DNA of 64,000 bases from an uncultured Gammaproteobacteria bacterium (GTDB lineage: Bacteria > Patescibacteriota > Microgenomatia > UBA10105 > UBA927), in contig CAZVTT010000003.1 in assembly GCA_964629685.1 (NCBI GenBank), forward strand, positions 86,038 through 150,037. The letters run 5' to 3'. The notes under the pieces are model-generated. The model saw only the letters and a program-made list of their open reading frames with translations, did no database searches and had not been told where the DNA came from. Positions 58,294-64,000 of the stretch are shown here, piece by piece; within the stretch, counting starts at the first letter, position 1; every line of letters begins with the position of its first letter. The position numbers and the translations under genes were made by a program.

Positions 58294-58483
58294 TATTTTA
58301 ATAACACAATCTATATACCTGTGGATCAAGGGGGTGTGGACGTATTGTTTTCCGGTTTTTGCAGGTTTATCTGATTCTGAATTGGGTAAAAAATGGTGGG
58401 TTCCTGTGGGAACTCTATTCACAAATGAATCCGACTATCATGATTTACAAACCCCGAGAAATACATGATTGTGTCTTATTAAT

Positions 58484-58513
58484 ATAATAGAAACGTACAA
58501 CTAGTATCGTCAA
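58484..58513 (-). promoter_or_regulatory. Candidate sigma70 promoter for the giant gene
   Basis: Minus-strand TTGACG-N18-TATTAT in the AT-rich divergent intergenic region. A divergent TTGACA lies at 58530-58535 on the plus strand. Confidence 0.4.
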
Positions 58514-58567
58514 TATGGCAAGTTGCCTATTGACAAGAATCGCCAAACTCCTGAGACTAAAATTAGT

Positions 58568-58798
58568 ATGAAAAAGAAAACTGCTCATCGCAGAGCACAT
58601 AAGTCTGTTCCAAGTCGAACAGCCAAAGCCGTTAAACGGCAGGATGATGGCCAATACATGTTGGTCGTTCATGGCTGGATTTTCTTGGTTGCTTTTGCTC
58701 TGATGTTGGGTATGGGTGTGATTGTAGGAAACTACATCAATGCCCAATTAAACAACGGTGTACCGACAGTTGCCGGTGCCCAAATAGAAGCCAGATAA
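58568..58798 (+). CDS. Small single-TM membrane protein
   Basis: 76 aa from the ATG at 58568, with a basic N-terminus, one TM helix (WIFLVAFALMLGMGVIVG) and a C-terminal PTVAGA motif typical of CPR small membrane proteins. Confidence 0.7.
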   Translation: MKKKTAHRRAHKSVPSRTAKAVKRQDDGQYMLVVHGWIFLVAFALMLGMGVIVGNYINAQLNNGVPTVAGAQIEAR

Positions 58799-58825
58799 GA
58801 AGCCGACAGTAGTACCGTTTCTCTT

Positions 58826-58854
58826 AAAGAAGCATGCGACTTAGGCTTCTTTTT
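58826..58854 (+). terminator. Putative intrinsic terminator
   Basis: AAAGAAGC-loop-GCTTCTTT followed by T residues, lying between the small gene and the convergent tRNA. Confidence 0.45.
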
Positions 58855-58901
58855 GGTGCCTCCGGACTAAGGAGAACAGGAAACGAAATATATCTGACGA
58901 G

Positions 58902-58977
58902 TGGTGGACCTATGGGGATTCGAACCCCACACCTCTTCTATGCCATAGAAGCGCTCTACCAAATGAGCTATAGGCCC
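58902..58977 (-). tRNA. tRNA-Ala(GGC)
   Basis: The reverse complement GGGCCTATAGCTCATTTGGTAGAGCG CTTCT-ATGGCAT-AGAAG AGGTGTGGGGTTCGAATCCCCATAGGTCCACCA is 76 nt, with G3-U70 and an encoded CCA. Confidence 0.96.
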
Positions 58978-59170
58978 CTATTCCGGAACGGAGTCTACGT
59001 CTCCTTTCCAACTTTCCTCACTATCAAAGCGTTACGAACGATTCTCGATCAACCTCCGTTCGTGACAAATTTTATGCTTCCCATCTGCTACCACTGGTAC
59101 CCAGGTGAAAAACCAAAAAACACTGTGAACAGAAATATATTTTACCTCAGTTCGGGTTCGTTGCCAATGT

Positions 59171-59241
59171 GTGGACCTGACCGGAGCCCCGGCACCATTC
59201 GGTGCAGGGCTGCCATGTACCGCATGGTACGTGGTCGAACC
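59171..59241 (-). pseudogene. Duplicated 3' end of tRNA-Ala(CGC), interrupted by palindromic DNA (att-like remnant)
   Basis: gtggacctgaccggag (59171-59186) is identical to 59272-59287. The tRNA continuation gtcgaacc resumes after a ~47-bp insert made of two hairpins. Confidence 0.65.
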
Positions 59242-59269
59242 AATCACTAGCTCATCCCGCTGTCTATTC

Positions 59270-59345
59270 TGGTGGACCTGACCGGAGTCGAACCGGTGAT
59301 CTCCGCAATGCGAATGCGGCGCTCTACCAACTAAGCTACAGGCCC
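59270..59345 (-). tRNA. tRNA-Ala(CGC)
   Basis: The reverse complement GGGCCTGTAGCTTAGTTGGTAGAGCG CCGCA-TTCGCAT-TGCGG AGATCACCGGTTCGACTCCGGTCAGGTCCACCA is 76 nt, with G3-U70 and an encoded CCA. Confidence 0.96.
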
Positions 59346-59692
59346 ATTCTGAGAACAACCTAACGGTTTTTCCCAACGTTTTTCTCTGTCGTGTCGCGAA
59401 CGATGCTCAATCGACCTCCGTTCGTGACGGATTTTACATGTACTATTCGGGCTGTATTAACAATCCAAAACTCCCGATCAGCGGGATATCCCACGATCCC
59501 CCTTTGTTCACCATCACTTTTAATAGTTCTGCCTGTTGGAACGTTCTTTCTTTCTTCAGGCAGCGGCAGTATTGGTATGCTATCATTCCACTCTTTCCGT
59601 TTCAACCGTACAGAGTGAGCGTATATCCACAATCTGACTATTCATCCGAGATGACTATCAAAGTATAACAATGTATATACTATTATAATATA

Positions 59693-60769
59693 CTACTTCA
59701 GATATGACAGTGGGTTTACCGTCACACCGCCGCGCCGTACTTCAAAGTGAAGATGTGTTCCCGTAGACCGCCCCGTAGATCCCATCCGTCCCACTATTTG
59801 CCCACGGGAGACTCTATCGCCTGCTTTCACATATATTTCCTGCATATGACCGTAAAGCGTACTGATACCGTTTCCATGATCAATAATTATGTGAAATCCA
59901 TATCCCGTGCGCAGATATTGCACCACCGCCACGGTGCCACCGTCTGCTGCTCCTATACCGGGAGCTGCGTTATTTGCTATATCCAATGCCATATGGTACC
60001 AAACAGGATACTGGGTAATCGTTCCCCCCACTGGCCACTGAAACTGTCCTGATCCTCCGGCCATAACCGGCGGCTTAGACATAATAATAGGAGCGGCTTC
60101 AGGCTGCACGCCATCGGGAACAATAATAGTTTGTCCGATATTCAGCGCAAATGTGTCCAAATCGGTAAAGTCGTTAAACGGAAAGTTTACTACCTTTTGC
60201 GCGTCCGTCTTGTATTTCTTGGCTATGGTATAAATTGTTTCACCTTCCCGCACTTTATGAACTATACCGCTCACCGGCGGAATCTTGAGTGTCTGACCAA
60301 TACTTAATGAATCACCCCGCAAATCATTTGACCATTTTATGGTATCTACCGAAACACCAAATTTCTGTGCAATAGTGCTTAACGTATCTCCTTGTTCCAC
60401 CGGATACTCCACAACCTGATCACGGGGTTTTTCCGAGACCTGAGTTTGCACACCATACTCACTTAAATCCAGTGAAGTAAGTACTGCAGAGGCCGGTGTA
60501 TAAGCCTGAAGCGAGTCTGGTAGCGCTCCGGGATATGATTCTGCTAATATCGGTGCACTTAGTCCTCCCACCACTAATAACATGCCCAAAGACAAATGGA
60601 GAAATGGCCGTTGATACGTTCCCCTTCTGGCCATAAGAAAGTCAACAATATACGATTTTTGCTTCTCAAACCGCAGTGCAAAGCGGATTAGCTTTTTTTC
60701 TATATAAAACAGCCATCCACGCCGCCAATTTGTGAGGTCATCCGTCAAAATGAAGTAATACCGTTTCAT
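59693..60769 (-). CDS. LysM-LysM-M23 family peptidoglycan endopeptidase
   Basis: An N-terminal TM helix, two LysM repeats (YPVEQGDTLSTIAQKFGVS; HKVREGETIYTIAKKY), and the M23 motifs HMALDIA, YGHM and STGTHLHFEV. Confidence 0.92.
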   Translation of the reverse strand: MKRYYFILTDDLTNWRRGWLFYIEKKLIRFALRFEKQKSYIVDFLMARRGTYQRPFLHLSLGMLLVVGGLSAPILAESYPGALPDSLQAYTPASAVLTSLDLSEYGVQTQVSEKPRDQVVEYPVEQGDTLSTIAQKFGVSVDTIKWSNDLRGDSLSIGQTLKIPPVSGIVHKVREGETIYTIAKKYKTDAQKVVNFPFNDFTDLDTFALNIGQTIIVPDGVQPEAAPIIMSKPPVMAGGSGQFQWPVGGTITQYPVWYHMALDIANNAAPGIGAADGGTVAVVQYLRTGYGFHIIIDHGNGISTLYGHMQEIYVKAGDRVSRGQIVGRMGSTGRSTGTHLHFEVRRGGVTVNPLSYLK

Positions 60770-60943
60770 GACGCCAGAAGCATACCAGACTACAGCCTCA
60801 CTATCAAGTTCACTGCGGACTGTTTATACAATCCAAACCATGATTTTGGACTCAAAAAACATGCATTCTACGGGAAAAGAGCTAGCCTCAAAAAACATTC
60901 ATCCTCTTGACCATAAACACCCGGCACTGTACCGTCAAACTGT

Positions 60944-62506
60944 ATGGTACCCACTGTCCTCGCAATTCTAGACGGCTTCGGCTACAATCCGAATCCGACC
61001 GGAAATGCTATTATTACGGCAAGAACTCCCTATCTGGACTGGCTCTGGTCTACCTATCCGCATACACTCATCAAGGCTGCAGAAGAAGAGGTTGGCCTTA
61101 ATTTCGGACAAATTGGAAACAGTGAGGTCGGACATATGGCCATCGGTACCGGACGGGTAATCCCTTCGCCGCTTCAAAGGGTAAATACTGCCATTACGGA
61201 AGGAACGTTCTTTCAGAACACCGCCTTTTTAGGGGCAATGTATCATGCCCGCACGCATACGCAACGTGTACATATTATAGGAATGATTTCTTCAGCCGGC
61301 GTACACGGAGATTTACAACACATGCTGGCCCTTCTAAAGTTGGCAAAAAAAAACAATCTACACGACGTGTACCTTCATCTTATACTGGACGGGCGTGATA
61401 CCGGTCCCAAAGAATCACTCCTGCACCTAACGGAATTACTCAACGCCATAAAAGAGTTGGGAGTTGGCCAAATAGCTACCATCTGCGGAAGAGCCACCGC
61501 CATGGACCGAAATAAAAATTGGTCAAAAACGGAACAATACTACAACACGCTTTGCGGTTTTTCCAATACGAACGCGTTGCTGAGTGCCAAGGGAGCTATC
61601 GAACAGGGATATCAGGAAGGCTATGATGATGAAAATATTCCCCCGCGCTGCCTGGTCGCAAACGGCTCTATTCGGCCGAACGACGCCGTTATCTTTACCA
61701 ATTTTCGGGAAGACCGGGTAAGACAAATAGCTGCCGCGGTTACCGTACCCGGTTTTACGGAGTTTAAACGGAATATCTACCTTTCAGATATATTTGCCGT
61801 CACCATGACCCAATACGAAAAAAGTTTGCCGGTTCAGGTAGCATTTCCTCCGCTATCAATTCAGAACACGCTCTCTGATGTATTTGAAGCCAACGGCCTC
61901 AGACAACTCCATGTGGCAGAATCCGAAAAGTACGCACACGTTACGTACTTTTTAAATGGCGGCCGTGAACAAACACTCCCTCATGAAGAGTTTATAAATA
62001 TCCCATCAGATCGTCCTGAAACGTTTATACAGCATCCGGAAATGAAAGCGAATCAAATTACGGACTACATTATTAAAGACGTACTCATGCAAAAACACGA
62101 TGTCATCATCGTAAATTTCGCAAACTGTGACATGATTGGTCATACTGGCAATTTCTCAGCCACAGTGCTAGCGATAGAACATGTCGATCGCTGCATCGGC
62201 AAACTTGCCCAACAAGTGCTAGCAGCCAACGGGTTTCTCTTTATCACTGCGGACCACGGGAATGCAGAGCAGAAGTTAAACATTCAGACCGGCCAAGCGA
62301 CAAAAGACCATACGATAAACTCTGTCCCCTTTATATTTGCGACGAATACAATACCTCCCCATCCGGGTAAACCATGTAGAATTACATTGGGAAGTTCTCC
62401 TACCGGAATTCTGCAGGACGTAGCACCTACGATTTTACGGTACATGAAGCTACCGGTTCCGGACGAAATGACCGGAACTAACCTTTTTTCCGCACAACTA
62501 CCTTAG
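60944..62506 (+). CDS. gpmI: 2,3-bisphosphoglycerate-independent phosphoglycerate mutase
   Basis: LAILDGFG, GNSEVGH, LDGRDT, AMDR, NFREDR, AESEKYAHVTYF, NCDMIGHTG, TADHGNAE. Confidence 0.96.
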   Translation: MVPTVLAILDGFGYNPNPTGNAIITARTPYLDWLWSTYPHTLIKAAEEEVGLNFGQIGNSEVGHMAIGTGRVIPSPLQRVNTAITEGTFFQNTAFLGAMYHARTHTQRVHIIGMISSAGVHGDLQHMLALLKLAKKNNLHDVYLHLILDGRDTGPKESLLHLTELLNAIKELGVGQIATICGRATAMDRNKNWSKTEQYYNTLCGFSNTNALLSAKGAIEQGYQEGYDDENIPPRCLVANGSIRPNDAVIFTNFREDRVRQIAAAVTVPGFTEFKRNIYLSDIFAVTMTQYEKSLPVQVAFPPLSIQNTLSDVFEANGLRQLHVAESEKYAHVTYFLNGGREQTLPHEEFINIPSDRPETFIQHPEMKANQITDYIIKDVLMQKHDVIIVNFANCDMIGHTGNFSATVLAIEHVDRCIGKLAQQVLAANGFLFITADHGNAEQKLNIQTGQATKDHTINSVPFIFATNTIPPHPGKPCRITLGSSPTGILQDVAPTILRYMKLPVPDEMTGTNLFSAQLP

Positions 62507-64000
62507 GAATCAATAATCCGGTAGATTTCTGTACGGACAGAATTTCACCGGAATACGCACCGGTTACCGGCAGTAACTCCCACTGATCGGAAGTAATCGC
62601 AATTTGATACTGGCCGTTTGAAGCTACAAACTGATATCTTCCATACACATCGCTTACCCGACGCTTCACTTGCCTATGAAATGTCGTTTCGAGAAGCGAC
62701 AAGGATACAAGCGGAACCGCTTTCCCCGTTTCATCCGTCACTACTCCCCATGTGGAACGGAGAAACCACTCTTTATACACTATACTACTAAGTAGAAATG
62801 CATATAACAGTATCATGGCTATATTAAACCAACGGGGTATAAATATATATGAAACAACCGACAATAGTAATCCGGAACCAAGTAATACAATTTCCAACGG
62901 TGTCTGAATCTGCCTGAGCCACAAACGAATTTTCGCTATCACGCCAATACGAATATTTTCCTTTGAATCAAGCGGAATTGAAAGAATAAACGGTGTCGAA
63001 AAATCAGTTACCGTAAACATTTCACCATGATAAATAGGTCCGTATTCCCCATCAGATTTACTCATGACAACCCGTGACGGATACACATACCCTGGTTTAA
63101 CGACACGAATAGTATATCTCCCGGCTACTGGGAGAAACGAAAATGTCCCCGCACCACCGGTAACTTCAGTTTCAACTAATCCGCCGATTTCACGATATAA
63201 CCTCACTATCGCACCTATAACCGGAGCCTTTGTTACCGCGTCATAAACGACTCCCCACTGTGTACGCTTTCTTCTCCGGAAAAATAAAAAACTTCTTAAG
63301 GCTAAAACTATTCTGCTTAAATAGTATCCAATATCTCCCAAACCAAAACCAATGGGTGCAAATACCAAGCCTGCTGCCGGAATAATCATGGCCTTAGACA
63401 CGATATTTATAATTTTGGGTACGAATGGCAACTCAACTACTACATCAATACGCTTACTTTCAACGCTTTCTGCTCCGCTGGGAAGGGATGCCACTGCGTA
63501 AGCGGCATACGTACCAGACGCTAAATCATATACTGTCGCCCGCCACAGGCCGGTAACCTTATCCGCTACCGTCCGTATATTTTTTCGTCCAACTGCGCTA
63601 GCCTGAAGATATACATCAACTGCACTTCCCGGATAGGCATACCCCATTAATGCCAAAGCGTGATAACTAGTATTTTCGTTATCATTCGCTATCGTAGGAG
63701 ATAAAAGAATATCATTATTTACTGTACCCGGGAGACTCACCCTGCTTGTTTGCCCCAAACTATCCTGACCGTATATAAATAAATTTCCCACTTCTTCTTC
63801 ATTCGTAGGAAATGAAAAAGTAAACACACCTTTACTATCCAAAGCCGCTTCTATTCTTATCTCATGTTCCCTGTTCTCAACAAACACGGCACTCTTAGGA
63901 CTGGTTAATCCATGATTTACAAATATCTCGGTATCCCCACTGGATTTGCCTAATAAAGCACCAACACCTTCTCCCCTTGTTTGCGCGAATATTTTTTCAC
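62478..64000 (-). CDS. Membrane protein with carboxypeptidase-regulatory-like (CnaB-type) domains; 5'-truncated by the window edge
   Basis: The frame stays open up to the window end. It has two WGVV.D modules (WGVVYDAVTKAPVIGAIVRLY...G.F.FL..GRYTIRV.KPGY.YPS) flanking TM helices. Its 3' end overlaps gpmI by 29 nt. Confidence 0.8.
   Translation of the reverse strand, partial: EKIFAQTRGEGVGALLGKSSGDTEIFVNHGLTSPKSAVFVENREHEIRIEAALDSKGVFTFSFPTNEEEVGNLFIYGQDSLGQTSRVSLPGTVNNDILLSPTIANDNENTSYHALALMGYAYPGSAVDVYLQASAVGRKNIRTVADKVTGLWRATVYDLASGTYAAYAVASLPSGAESVESKRIDVVVELPFVPKIINIVSKAMIIPAAGLVFAPIGFGLGDIGYYLSRIVLALRSFLFFRRRKRTQWGVVYDAVTKAPVIGAIVRLYREIGGLVETEVTGGAGTFSFLPVAGRYTIRVVKPGYVYPSRVVMSKSDGEYGPIYHGEMFTVTDFSTPFILSIPLDSKENIRIGVIAKIRLWLRQIQTPLEIVLLGSGLLLSVVSYIFIPRWFNIAMILLYAFLLSSIVYKEWFLRSTWGVVTDETGKAVPLVSLSLLETTFHRQVKRRVSDVYGRYQFVASNGQYQIAITSDQWELLPVTGAYSGEILSVQKSTGLLIPKVVVRKKG

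Larger units (their letters stand above)
59031..59436 (-). repeat. Duplicated ~45-bp hairpin plus TAAAAT element upstream of each tRNA-Ala (59031-59074 and 59393-59436)
   Basis: gttacgaacg-attctcgatcaacctc-cgttcgtgac-aaatttta versus gtcgcgaacg-atgctcaatcgacctc-cgttcgtgac-ggatttta. Confidence 0.75.

Noticed and set aside
6389-58374. Numerous 60-200 aa ORFs on the opposite strand or in alternative frames within the giant gene, including possible immunity genes
   Set aside because: They are shadow ORFs of a strongly coding frame, with no recognisable motifs. No dedicated immunity gene is evident next to the giant gene.
58294-58422. First 43 codons of the tracked 17,564-aa ORF (GTG start at 58422)
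   Set aside because: The sequence looks intergenic and AT-rich. The ATG at 58293 places the hydrophobic signal at the expected N-terminal distance.
5728-59345. Giant gene as a tRNA-integrated genomic island
   Set aside because: There is no integrase and I saw no matching tRNA-end repeat at the left boundary. The only att-like duplicate lies between the two tRNAs.
58834-59668. ORFs 58834..59250, 59032..59376, 59360..59632 and their neighbours
   Set aside because: They overlap tRNA genes and their leaders and have no protein-like features.
59693-60769. LysM-M23 peptidase as the wall-breaching partner of the giant protein
   Set aside because: This architecture is a common CPR gene and is separated from the giant gene by the tRNA genes. 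Nothing beyond proximity links them.

Overview
The window looks like a Patescibacteria/CPR chromosome segment, probably Microgenomates-like; this is inferred from protein style and gene content, and the genetic code is standard. It is dominated by one uninterrupted ~52.6-kb minus-strand gene (5728..58293, ~17,500 aa). From N to C the protein carries: a prepilin-like membrane anchor; Pro/Thr linkers with small Cys-knot repeats; a stalk of ~18 disulfide-patterned ~137-aa helical repeats; a Gly-rich hydrophobic segment with a pre-toxin-like motif; and a SecA-like SF2 ATPase core. A long train of cytoplasm-type modules follows: multiple FHA domains, ParB/Srx-like, PP2C phosphatase, HEXXH zinc peptidase, histidine kinase, a possible ADP-ribosyltransferase, a Pol-beta/CD-NTase-like nucleotidyltransferase, AvrB/Fido-like, SAM methyltransferase, GNAT and Ser/Thr kinase. 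Two recurring spacer types separate these modules: CxxC..H helical bundles, and Cys-bounded loops containing a signal-peptidase-like (A/V)-(Y/F)-A-A-D site. The leading hypothesis is a self-motorised, contact-dependent poly-effector delivery protein; the alternative is a giant one-chain signalling receptor. The left flank holds three membrane glycosyltransferase-like genes. The right flank holds a small membrane protein, two tRNA-Ala genes with duplicated leader hairpins and a palindrome-interrupted tRNA 3' remnant, a LysM-M23 peptidase, gpmI and a truncated carboxypeptidase-regulatory-like membrane protein. Domain calls come from reading motifs by eye, and domain boundaries are approximate.
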